Source: Myxococcota bacterium | Lineage (GTDB): Bacteria > Myxococcota > UBA4151 | Assembly (NCBI GenBank): GCA_036338695.1 | Contig: JAYZBQ010000051.1 | Coordinates: 1 to 20,096 of the forward strand | Length of the DNA stretch: 20,096 nt | Direction of reading: 5' to 3' | Shown: positions 1 to 15,644 of the stretch, piece after piece | Numbering within the stretch: the first letter of the stretch is position 1 | Layout: every line of letters starts with the position of its first letter | The notes under the pieces: generated by a model | Told to the model about the DNA's origin: nothing | The model's database searches: none | Seen by the model: the letters and a program-made list of their open reading frames with translations, nothing else | Translations under genes and position numbers: made by a program

Positions 1-310
1 CTTCACGGCTGAGGTGTACATCCTGACCAAGGACGAAGGCGGTCGTCACAAGCCGTTCAAGGCGAACTACCGTCCTCAGTTCTACTTCCGCACCACGGAC
101 GTGACGGGCACCGTCGAGAAGATCACCTCGGTGAACGGCGATGGTCTGTCGGCTGAAGAGCAAACCGAGCGTGCCGTCCTTCCGGGCGACAACGTGGCGA
201 TGCAGGTCAAGCTGATCGTGCCGGTTGCGATGGAGCAGGGTCTGACCTTCGCGATCCGTGAAGGTGGCCGTACGATCGGTTCCGGTCGTGTGGCTGAGAT
301 CCTCGACTGA
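1..310 (+). CDS. tuf: Elongation factor Tu, C-terminal part (domain III); 5' end lies outside the window
   Basis: Frame open from base 2 ([45 protein letters not shown]), the typical EF-Tu domain III motifs; stop TGA at 308-310. Confidence 0.98.
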   Translation, partial: FTAEVYILTKDEGGRHKPFKANYRPQFYFRTTDVTGTVEKITSVNGDGLSAEEQTERAVLPGDNVAMQVKLIVPVAMEQGLTFAIREGGRTIGSGRVAEILD

Positions 311-329
311 TTCTTAGCGGCTCATCGGA

Positions 330-374
330 CAAATGGCGTCGTCGGTGAAATAGTTCACCGGCGGCGCCTATTTG
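330..374 (+). terminator. Stem-loop after tuf (terminator-like or processing hairpin)
   Basis: GGCGTCGTCGGTGAA (335-349) pairs with TTCACCGGCGGCGCC (354-368), 15 bp with 2 G-U pairs, loop ATAG. CAAAT/ATTTG extends the stem. The U-tract (TATTT) is weak. Confidence 0.55.
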
Positions 375-392
375 CCGGTACGGGGCGCATCT

Positions 393-468
393 GGGTCAGT
401 AGCACAATTGGTAGTGCAGCGGTCTCCAAAACCGCAGGTTGGGGGTTCGAGTCCTCCCTGGCCCGCCA
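393..468 (+). tRNA. tRNA-Trp (anticodon CCA)
   Basis: 76-nt cloverleaf: acceptor GGGTCAG/CTGGCCC, D-stem GCAC/GTGC, anticodon arm GCGGT-CTCCAAA-ACCGC (CCA at 426-428), T-loop TTCGAGT, discriminator G, encoded 3' CCA at 466-468. Usual position before secE. Confidence 0.97.
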
Positions 469-488
469 GAAAGGAAATGGTGAGATAA

Positions 489-902
489 GTGGTTCAAGCG
501 ACACCTGATCTCGTACGTCGACACAGCCGGTGGATCGGTATGACCACGCTCGTGGGGGCGTTGAGCTTGGCGTGGACGTGCAGTTTCGCGTTTGCGGCGG
601 CTTTTGCGTCGTTCTCGGAGCCTGGCACCAACCGTCCGATCGTCTTGGGCGTCCGTCTCTCGGGCGTTCTGGCGCTCGCCGTGGGTGTGCTGACGGTCAT
701 CATTCTCCAGCGCCATCAGGCGTACCAGCAGTACGCCGCAGAGGTCGTCGAAGAGCTTCGGCAGTGCGTCTTTCCGGATCGGGACGAGACGCGCTCCGAC
801 TCGATCGTCGTGATCATCTTCTCGGTGATCATCGGCGGCGTGTTGTGGGTGTTTGATTACGCGAGCGGGGCTTTCACGAGCTTCCTCTACGATCTGTTGT
901 AG
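489..902 (+). CDS. secE: Preprotein translocase subunit SecE (long, about three TM segments)
   Basis: Lies between tRNA-Trp and nusG. EVVEELRQCVFPDRDET matches the SecE ELxKVxWPxxxET motif and is followed by a C-terminal TM helix, with two more hydrophobic segments N-terminally. The GTG start at 489 is somewhat uncertain. Confidence 0.9.
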   Translation: MVQATPDLVRRHSRWIGMTTLVGALSLAWTCSFAFAAAFASFSEPGTNRPIVLGVRLSGVLALAVGVLTVIILQRHQAYQQYAAEVVEELRQCVFPDRDETRSDSIVVIIFSVIIGGVLWVFDYASGAFTSFLYDLL

Positions 903-912
903 GAGGGGTGTT

Positions 913-1509
913 GTGAGTACCGAAACCGACAACGAGGGTCTGAAGTGGTACGTCGTCAACACGTACAGCGGCTACGAGCAGCAAGCCCGCAAGCAGCTGA
1001 TCAAGCAGGCGGCGAGCAAGGGCTTTGAGTCGGGTTTTGGAGCGCCTATCGATGAGGCGATCCTGGTCCCGACCGAAGACGTCGAGCAGATGGTCAGCGG
1101 CAAGCCGCGTGTGACCAAGCGCAAGTTCTTCCCCGGCTACATGCTGGTGCAGATGCGTTGGAGCCCTGCGGTCGCCACCTTTGTTCGGGGGTTGCCTAAG
1201 GTGATCGGCTTTGTGGGTGCACGCGACAAAGACCCGAGCCGTGAGCCGCGTGCGTGCTCGCAAGCTGAGATGGCGCGTCTCTTGGGTCAGATGACCGAGG
1301 GTGCCGAGGCGCCACGTCGTCGTCTCGAGGTCGCCGAAGGGGATCAGATCCGTGTGATCGATGGTCCCTTCAAGGGCTTTGCGGGGAGCGTGGAAGAGGT
1401 GTTTGAGGAGCGTGAACGCCTGCGGGTGAGCTTTGAGATCCTTGGGCGTCCGACGCCGGTGGAGCTCGAGTTTAAGCAGGTTGAGCTCGACGCCGACGCC
1501 AAAGAATAG
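913..1509 (+). CDS. nusG: Transcription termination/antitermination factor NusG
   Basis: KWYVVNTYSGYE, RKFFPGYMLVQM and the KOW motif GDQIRVIDGPFKGFAG..ILGRPTPVELEF. GTG at 913 follows AGGAGG (901-906), a better start than the track's 853. Confidence 0.97.
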   Translation: MSTETDNEGLKWYVVNTYSGYEQQARKQLIKQAASKGFESGFGAPIDEAILVPTEDVEQMVSGKPRVTKRKFFPGYMLVQMRWSPAVATFVRGLPKVIGFVGARDKDPSREPRACSQAEMARLLGQMTEGAEAPRRRLEVAEGDQIRVIDGPFKGFAGSVEEVFEERERLRVSFEILGRPTPVELEFKQVELDADAKE

Positions 1510-1548
1510 ATTAAGGCGCGCCGCCGGCGCGTAAAGGGAAAAGAAGTC

Positions 1549-1974
1549 ATGGCTAAGAAAGAAGTAGGACAGATCAAGCTGCAGGTCCCCGCAGGTAAAG
1601 CGAACCCCGCACCGCCGGTGGGTCCGGCGCTCGGTCAGCACGGCGTGAACATCATGCAGTTCTGTAAAGAGTTCAACGCACGCACCCAATCGCAGGCGGG
1701 GATGATCATCCCGGTCGTTATCACGGTGTATGCGGACCGCAGCTTCAGCTTCATCACCAAGAGCCCGCCTGCCTCGACGCTGCTGATCAAAGCCGCTGGC
1801 GTGAAGGGTGGCTCGGGCGAGCCGAACCGCCGCAAGGTGGGGTCGGTGACGTTGGCGCAGGTCGAAGAGATCGCCAAGGTCAAGATGCCCGATCTGAACA
1901 GCACCTCGATCGAATCCGCGATGGAGCAGGTCAAGGGGACGGCTGTCTCGATGGGGATCACCGTCGTCGACTAG
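1549..1974 (+). CDS. rplK: 50S ribosomal protein L11
   Basis: [42 protein letters not shown]; 141 aa. Confidence 0.99.
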   Translation: MAKKEVGQIKLQVPAGKANPAPPVGPALGQHGVNIMQFCKEFNARTQSQAGMIIPVVITVYADRSFSFITKSPPASTLLIKAAGVKGGSGEPNRRKVGSVTLAQVEEIAKVKMPDLNSTSIESAMEQVKGTAVSMGITVVD

Positions 1975-1993
1975 TAGGATACGATTTAACACG

Positions 1994-2025
1994 GTGGGAG
2001 CCCGCTCGCGCAGGCGTTTGACCAC
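1994..2025 (+). promoter_or_regulatory. Putative ribosomal protein L1-binding (autoregulatory) RNA site upstream of rplA
   Basis: GTGG-GA-GCC...GGC-GTTTGA-CCAC forms two helices around an asymmetric internal loop with GGGAG, like the L1 mRNA target. It sits directly before the rplA SD (AAGGAG 2027-2032). Confidence 0.65.
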
Positions 2026-2037
2026 GAAGGAGTGAAC

Positions 2038-2739
2038 ATGCCGAAAGTAGGCAAGAAGATGGCTGCTGCCCGCGCCAAAGTGGACAGCGACAAAGAGTAT
2101 AGCTTGGCTGAGGCTGCTGCGACCGTCAAAGAGGTCGCTTACGCCAAATACGACGAGACGATCGATCTGTGTGTGCGCCTCGGGGTGGACCCTCGGCACG
2201 CCGACCAGAACGTTCGGGGCGCGGTGGTGCTGCCTCACGGGACCGGTAAAGACGTCCGAGTGATCTGCTTTGCGCGCGGCGACAAGGCGAAAGAGGCCGA
2301 AGCGGCCGGCGCCATGGAAGTCGGCGCCGAAGACCTGATGCAAAAGATTCAGGGTGGCTGGTTTGATTTCGACAAAGCGGTGGCGACGCCGGACATGATG
2401 GCGGTCGTCGGTCGCATCGGGAAGCTGCTTGGGCCGCGGGGTCTGATGCCCAACCCGAAGGTCGGTACGGTCACCATGAACGTTAGCCAGGCGATCTCGG
2501 ACCTCAAGGGCGGCAAGGTCGAGTACCGTGTCGACAAGGCGGGCAACGTCCACGCTCCGGTCGGTCGCGTGAGCTTCGAGGCTGAAAAGATCGAAGAAAA
2601 CGCTCGCGCCCTGCTGGGAGCTCTGGTACGGGCGCGCCCGGCTTCGAGCAAGGGCACCTACGTCCGGCGCGTGACCATGTCCTCCAGCCAGGGTCCTGGC
2701 GTGGGCGTGGCGACGTCGGAAGCGGGCGGCCTGAGCTAA
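2038..2739 (+). CDS. rplA: 50S ribosomal protein L1
   Basis: [51 protein letters not shown] 2038 follows AAGGAG. Confidence 0.99.
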   Translation: MPKVGKKMAAARAKVDSDKEYSLAEAAATVKEVAYAKYDETIDLCVRLGVDPRHADQNVRGAVVLPHGTGKDVRVICFARGDKAKEAEAAGAMEVGAEDLMQKIQGGWFDFDKAVATPDMMAVVGRIGKLLGPRGLMPNPKVGTVTMNVSQAISDLKGGKVEYRVDKAGNVHAPVGRVSFEAEKIEENARALLGALVRARPASSKGTYVRRVTMSSSQGPGVGVATSEAGGLS

Positions 2740-2774
2740 ACAGTTTGTTGCCTCGTCGGTGGTGCGGCGAGGCT

Positions 2775-2876
2775 GTCTAAGACAGTTGGTCTCATGGGAG
2801 ATAATGTGCTCTGGCACGCCCACCGAGACGGGAAGACCAACCCGTCCAGAACCGCATGTGCGGTGAAAGGGAGCAT
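2775..2876 (+). promoter_or_regulatory. L10 leader (L10-L12 complex autoregulatory RNA)
   Basis: GTCTAAGACAGTTGGT-CTCATGGGAG-ATAAT-GTGCTCTGGCAC-GCCCACCGAGAC (2775-2829) resembles the L10 leader core: kink-turn AGAC/CGAG, two small hairpins and conserved TAA adenines. Located between rplA and rplJ; 3' boundary approximate. Confidence 0.8.
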
Positions 2877-3404
2877 ATGGAGCGTCAAGCTAAGGTGGCC
2901 TTAGTCGAGTCGATCCGCACCGAGCTCGCCGAGTCACCCTCCGTGGTGCTGGTCGATTTCAACGGCTTGAACGTTGAGAACGCCGTCCAGTTCCGCAGGG
3001 AGTGCCTGCAAGCTGGTGTCCGATTCAAGGTCATCAAAAATCGCCTGATCGGCAAAGCCGTTGAGGGCACGGAGCACGAGGTGATCAGCCCGCTGCTCGT
3101 CGGAATGACGGGGTTAGCGTGGGCTGAGGCAGATCCGATCGCTCCCGCCAAAGTGGTCGCGAAGTTCGCGAAGGAGCACGAGGACCAGCTGCGCATCAAG
3201 GGTGGTGCGCTTCAGGGTGAGCTGCTCGATGAAGCCGGGGTCAAGAACCTCAGCACCATGCCGGGTCTTGATGAGCTTCGCAGCAAGCTGTTGGGTCTCT
3301 TCAATGCGCCAGCGCAGAAGCTGCTGGCACAGATCGAAGCGCCTGCACAGAAGCTCGTGGGGACGATTCAGGCCTACGTGGACGACCAAGAAGAGGCTGC
3401 GTAA
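2877..3404 (+). CDS. rplJ: 50S ribosomal protein L10
   Basis: MERQAKVALVE..VVLVDFNGLNV..FKVIKNRL..L+TMPGLDELRSKLLG; ATG 2877 follows AAGGGAG. Confidence 0.97.
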   Translation: MERQAKVALVESIRTELAESPSVVLVDFNGLNVENAVQFRRECLQAGVRFKVIKNRLIGKAVEGTEHEVISPLLVGMTGLAWAEADPIAPAKVVAKFAKEHEDQLRIKGGALQGELLDEAGVKNLSTMPGLDELRSKLLGLFNAPAQKLLAQIEAPAQKLVGTIQAYVDDQEEAA

Positions 3405-3469
3405 AGCCGCCTCGTAACAACTGTTTAGAATACTTTAGATGACTAGCTATTTAGAAAAGGAATACAACA

Positions 3470-3853
3470 ATGGCTGATCTTGCAAAGATTATCGATGATC
3501 TCTCGGCTCTGACCGTCATGGAAGCTGCTGACCTGGTGAAGCAGCTCGAAGAAAAGTGGGGCGTGGAAGCTGCCTCGGGTGCTCCGGTCATGATGGCAGC
3601 CGTGGGTGGCGCTGCTGACGGTGGCGCTGCCGCTGAAGAGAAGACTGAGTTCGACGTGGTGCTCACCAGCGCCGGCGCTCAGAAGATCAAGGCAATTAAG
3701 GCGGTTCGCGAGCTGACCGGTGCTGGGCTGAAGGAAGCCAAGGACATGGTCGAAGGCGCACCGACGACCCTCAAAGAAGGCATCTCGAAGGACGAGGCAG
3801 AAGCTGCCAAGGCCGCCCTCGAAGAAGCCGGCGCTGAGGTGGAGCTTAAGTAA
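3470..3853 (+). CDS. rplL: 50S ribosomal protein L7/L12
   Basis: [19 protein letters not shown], Ala/Gly hinge, [30 protein letters not shown]. Confidence 0.99.
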   Translation: MADLAKIIDDLSALTVMEAADLVKQLEEKWGVEAASGAPVMMAAVGGAADGGAAAEEKTEFDVVLTSAGAQKIKAIKAVRELTGAGLKEAKDMVEGAPTTLKEGISKDEAEAAKAALEEAGAEVELK

Positions 3854-3878
3854 GCTCCAAACTGTTCAGACTGGACAA

Positions 3879-3919
3879 GCCCACTCCGTCTTTGGCGGAG
3901 TGGGCATTTGGTCCTTTTC
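3879..3919 (+). terminator. Hairpin between rplL and rpoB (attenuator-like intrinsic terminator)
   Basis: GCCCACTCCGTC-TTT-GGCGGAGTGGGC (3879-3905, 12-bp stem) followed by the interrupted T-rich tail ATTTGGTCCTTTT. Same position as the known rplL-rpoB attenuator of E. coli. Confidence 0.75.
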
Positions 3920-3984
3920 GTGTCTTGTGTCGAGCGAAAGGGTCCTGAGTATTTGAGAACTGACCGTATAAACGGAGTGTGCTG

Positions 3985-8166
<4,182 letters not shown>

Positions 8167-8216
8167 TTAGAAACGCAACTCATTGATCGCAGCCTCGGCT
8201 GCGTGGAGGGACACCT

Positions 8217-12365
<4,149 letters not shown>

Positions 12366-12387
12366 GCGGCGGGTGATCCCAGCGATT

Positions 12388-12423
12388 CGGGCGGCGCCTC
12401 TGGGGTCGCCCGTTTCGTTTTTT
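12388..12423 (+). terminator. Intrinsic terminator after rpoC
   Basis: CGGGCGGC (12388-12395) pairs with GTCGCCCG (12405-12412), followed by TTTCGTTTTTT. Confidence 0.8.
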
Positions 12424-12487
12424 GATCCGCATCGCGAGACTGGGCAGATGCGGCGGCGCAAGGTAAACAGCAGCTATGGAGAACTCG

Positions 12488-13336
12488 ATGCCTCGATTGC
12501 GTACACGACGCTTCGCTCTCATGTGCGGCTCGGTGAGCCTGACGCTCCTTGTTGGTCTGCCCACGGCGCAGGCGGTCCCCGCCGCGTTGTCGGTCGAGCT
12601 GCGTGGGGTGCCGCAGGTCGAGCCGGACCAGGCTGAACGCTTGGACCGCAGCTCCGTGCAGATGGCGCGGCCGGTTGCGCCGGTCGCAGCGAAGCCGGCG
12701 AGCGCGACGCCGGTGATGGCGCTGATCAGCGCCGCGGGCAGCGGGGCATCGCAGAAGCCGAGCACCCAAGAGGTCGTCATCGAGTTTCGCGGGATGCGGT
12801 TTCACCCGGAACGGATCATCGTAGCGGAGGGGACCCAGCTCAGGGTGCAAAACGATGCGCCGGTGGCGCTGGAGCTCGAGCCGCGCGGCCGGCCGGGCAA
12901 GTCCATGCGCATCCCGGCGGGGGACTCCATCCGTTTTGCGCCGGGTGCGTCGGCTGTCTATCGCTATGGCGCCAAACACTGGGTGAACGCGCAGCTGCGC
13001 GTGGACGTCTCGCCGCGTGGGCAGCTCGCCCCCATGGAGTGGAAAGAGGGGGCGCATAGCCTCGACCTCAAGGAGCTCAAGGAGGGGCCGGCGCGCCTGC
13101 GCGTGCTGCTGGGCGAGACCTGGCACGCCGTGCCCGAGTTTATCCTGCGGCAGAACAACACCCGGCGGATGGTGCTCAGCTTTGAGGCGGCCAAGAAGGG
13201 CGAGGACAAGGAGCTGCAGGTGCGTGAGAACCGGGAGATCCCGGTCGAGATGAACGACATGCTGCTCATGGAGCGCCCCAAGAAAAAGAAGAAGCGCAAG
13301 CGTCGAAAGCGTAAGCGCCGAAAGAGGAGGCGCTGA
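12488..13336 (+). CDS. Exported hypothetical protein with a degenerate cupredoxin-like domain and a polybasic C-terminal tail
   Basis: Signal peptide MPRLRTRRFALMCGSVSLTLLVGLPTAQA. Central IEFRGMRFHPERIIVAEGTQLRVQND..PAGDSIRF..VYRY..H..LRVDV has cupredoxin beta-strand spacing. Ends in 18 consecutive K/R. ATG 12488 follows GGAGA; alternative start at 12476. Confidence 0.75.
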   Translation: MPRLRTRRFALMCGSVSLTLLVGLPTAQAVPAALSVELRGVPQVEPDQAERLDRSSVQMARPVAPVAAKPASATPVMALISAAGSGASQKPSTQEVVIEFRGMRFHPERIIVAEGTQLRVQNDAPVALELEPRGRPGKSMRIPAGDSIRFAPGASAVYRYGAKHWVNAQLRVDVSPRGQLAPMEWKEGAHSLDLKELKEGPARLRVLLGETWHAVPEFILRQNNTRRMVLSFEAAKKGEDKELQVRENREIPVEMNDMLLMERPKKKKKRKRRKRKRRKRRR

Positions 13337-13337
13337 C

Positions 13338-15002
13338 ATGAAGGCAGTTCGTCTCTACTTGGCGCCGGTCTTCGTGCTCGTCGGTGGGCTTGCGGCGCTT
13401 GCGATCATCGCGTCGGATATCGGCGCGGGCGTCGAGCAGCGGGCGCATGGGCTCGCCGCACGCGCCTTTGGTGAAGCGCAGACCCACTGGCAGAACCAAG
13501 CGCGCGACCTCGTCGGTGAAGCCGCCGAGCTCGCACGCGCCGCCGAGCTGCCCGCCCCGGAAGACGGCGCGCAGACCCTGCGCTGGCGGGTGGACGCGAG
13601 CGGCAAGCTGACGGAAGGGTACGGCTCGGGCTTTGAAGCCGGCGAGCCGGACATCTCGGGGATGAACGCCGTGGCGCGCGCGCTGCAAGGCGTCGCCTCG
13701 GACTCGGTCGTTTACCTGGCAGCCGGTGAGCAGGGGGTCTGGTGGCACCTCGCCGCAGCGCCGACAGCAGCCGGTGGCGCCGTGACCGGCGCGGTGGTGG
13801 TCGGCCGCAGGCTCGCGCTCGTCGCCAAAGGGATCGGTGAGCAGCTATCCGGGCTCTCGGCGGGCGGCGACATGCCGGTCCACGCCGTGCTCTACGACGG
13901 GCGCAAGGTCCTGTTCGGTAAAGCGACGGGCGAGCTGACGGGGATGCTCAAGCCGGGCAAAGTCGACGGCTCGGTGCGCGCCCTTGGGCAGAGCTCACTC
14001 CTGCTCGGACTCCCCGGCGGCGCCTCGCGCCTGGTGGCGGGGAACGTGACGGTCACCGAGGGTGGGCGGCTCGTGCTCGCAGCGGTCGTCGACGCTCGCA
14101 AGGCGTATCGAGCGGCGGCGGATCAGCTCAGAACGGGCTTAGGCGCTCTGGTCATCTTGTTTGTGCTCGGCTTGGTGGTCGTCTTCTTCGAGGCGCGCCG
14201 GATGAGCCGCGCCGGCGACGTCCTGATCACGTGGCTGCACACCTGGCGGAGCTCGGGCGCAGGGGCGCCGGTGGAATCGCTTGGACTCCCGGGGATTTTT
14301 GAGCGCATCGCCCGCAACGTCGACCTGACGCTGGCGGGCGCCGTGGCCGACGCCCCGCGCGCAGTGCATGAGGGCGTCGGTGACACCTTCTCGGCAGGCG
14401 ACGACGCCGACGACGCTGACGACGGCGCTCACGACTTTGAGCAGTTCTCAGCCAGCGCCGTGTTCGACCAAGTTGAGACCTCAAGCGCTGGCTCGGTGAG
14501 CCTCTTTGAGGGGCTCGACGACACGCAGACCAAGCTCGAGGAGCTGCCTCCGCTGCCGACCGACCTTCCGGCGCCGCCGGTGCCGTCCGCTGCGCCTGCG
14601 CCTGCAGGGGGCGGGTTGCCGCCGGCGCCTGCGACCGTTCTTGCGGGTAAGGAGATCGGACAGGACTCGGCGATCGCTCCGGTGGATCCGGGGATGTTTG
14701 AGGAGGCGCCGACGGGACAGTTTGACGTGCCCGAGAGCCTGCTGCAGCAGATCGCTGATGAGCAGAGCCAGGGGCCGGTTGCGCCGACCAGCGATCCGGA
14801 TCAGGCGCTGTTCGAAGAATACTATGCGCTGAGGGAGCGTCTGGGAGAGGACGTCGAGGGGCTGACCTTCGAGCGGTTCAAGCGAAAGATCGGGACCAGC
14901 CGTGCCCGCATCATGGAAGAAACCGGGGCGCGCGACGTGCGCTTTACCGTGCGAGAGAAGAATGGATCTGCGAGCCTGCGTGCCCTCCCCATCAACGAGT
15001 AA
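13338..15002 (+). CDS. MXAN_5187-like inner-membrane protein (TM - periplasmic domain - TM - acidic/Pro-rich linker - conserved C-terminal domain)
   Basis: SD AGGAGG at 13325-13330; two hydrophobic helices (LAPVFVLVGGLAALAIIA; GLGALVILFVLGLVVVFF). C-terminus LFEEYYALRERLGEDVEGLTFERFKRKI..DVRFTVREKNGSASLRALP resembles, from memory, the myxobacterial MXAN_5187 C-terminal domain. Confidence 0.8.
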   Translation: MKAVRLYLAPVFVLVGGLAALAIIASDIGAGVEQRAHGLAARAFGEAQTHWQNQARDLVGEAAELARAAELPAPEDGAQTLRWRVDASGKLTEGYGSGFEAGEPDISGMNAVARALQGVASDSVVYLAAGEQGVWWHLAAAPTAAGGAVTGAVVVGRRLALVAKGIGEQLSGLSAGGDMPVHAVLYDGRKVLFGKATGELTGMLKPGKVDGSVRALGQSSLLLGLPGGASRLVAGNVTVTEGGRLVLAAVVDARKAYRAAADQLRTGLGALVILFVLGLVVVFFEARRMSRAGDVLITWLHTWRSSGAGAPVESLGLPGIFERIARNVDLTLAGAVADAPRAVHEGVGDTFSAGDDADDADDGAHDFEQFSASAVFDQVETSSAGSVSLFEGLDDTQTKLEELPPLPTDLPAPPVPSAAPAPAGGGLPPAPATVLAGKEIGQDSAIAPVDPGMFEEAPTGQFDVPESLLQQIADEQSQGPVAPTSDPDQALFEEYYALRERLGEDVEGLTFERFKRKIGTSRARIMEETGARDVRFTVREKNGSASLRALPINE

Positions 15003-15615
15003 ACTGCTGGCGGTGACGGCGCTTGCGTTCGGGCTGAGCAGCCCGGCGCAGGCGGCGTGGAAGCGCGCCACCCAAACCAAAGACGGCATCGTCGTGGACG
15101 TGCGCGCCGAGAAGGGGTCGTCGATCGTGACGGTGCGCGGCACCTGGACGGCGGCTAAGCAGACGCCCAAGCGCCTGTGGAAGGCGGTCAACGACCTCGA
15201 GCGCTACACCGAGTTCATGCCCTACCTCGAGGTCGCCAAGGTCCTCAAACGCGAGGGGCGCTCGACCTGGCAGTACTACTGCCTCGACACGCCGATCATC
15301 AGCGACCGCGACTATACGCTCAAGCTGACCACCGACGCCAACCCCGGCAAGGACGGGCGCTGGCGCGTCAGCTGGGTCTCGGCGAACGCGGCCGGTCCCA
15401 AGCCCAAGGCGGGTAAGGTGCGCGTCAAGGTCGCCACAGGCAGCTGGCAGTTCGACTCCGTCCAAGGCGGCAAAGCCACCAAGATCACCTACACGGTGCG
15501 CTCCGACCCGGGCGGCAGCATCCCGAGCTGGATCGCCAACCGCGCCAACCGGCAGACGGTGCCGGACGTCATGCGCGCCCTGCTCAAGCAGTCCAAAAAA
15601 TCCCGATACCAATGA
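14962..15615 (+). CDS. Exported START/SRPBCC-domain (lipid-binding) protein
   Basis: Signal peptide ..KLLAVTALAFGLSSPAQA-A; START-like motifs DLERYTEFMPY, PIISDRDYTL, GSWQF, ITYTVRSDPGGSIPSWIAN. Start is ATG 14962 or GTG 14980, both overlapping the upstream gene. Confidence 0.85.
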   Translation: MDLRACVPSPSTSKLLAVTALAFGLSSPAQAAWKRATQTKDGIVVDVRAEKGSSIVTVRGTWTAAKQTPKRLWKAVNDLERYTEFMPYLEVAKVLKREGRSTWQYYCLDTPIISDRDYTLKLTTDANPGKDGRWRVSWVSANAAGPKPKAGKVRVKVATGSWQFDSVQGGKATKITYTVRSDPGGSIPSWIANRANRQTVPDVMRALLKQSKKSRYQ

Positions 15616-15644
15616 GGTCGATGCGCTCGACTCGGAGAAAAAGA

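Noticed and set aside
393..468. Possible UGA-suppressor or recoding tRNA-Trp
   Set aside because: The anticodon is CCA with a normal C11-G24 pair, and TGA serves as an ordinary stop for tuf, rpoB and other genes.
477..488. Mini-ORF ATG-GTG-AGA-TAA in frame with and abutting the secE start
   Set aside because: The ATG is too close to the AAGGAA motif for efficient initiation, and three codons are easily chance.
874..2823. 649-aa minus-strand ORF spanning nusG-rplK-rplA
   Set aside because: Antisense shadow of conserved genes. High-GC codon bias depletes stops on the opposite strand, and the translation has no recognisable motifs.
12441..12469. Sigma70-like promoter TGGGCA-N17-TAAACA before the envelope operon
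   Set aside because: Poor match: the -10 lacks its conserved last T, so it cannot be supported without TSS data.
12503..12520. Twin-arginine (Tat) motif TRRFAL in the cupredoxin-like protein
   Set aside because: Only a partial match to S/T-R-R-x-F-L-K; a Sec signal with a basic n-region explains it equally well.
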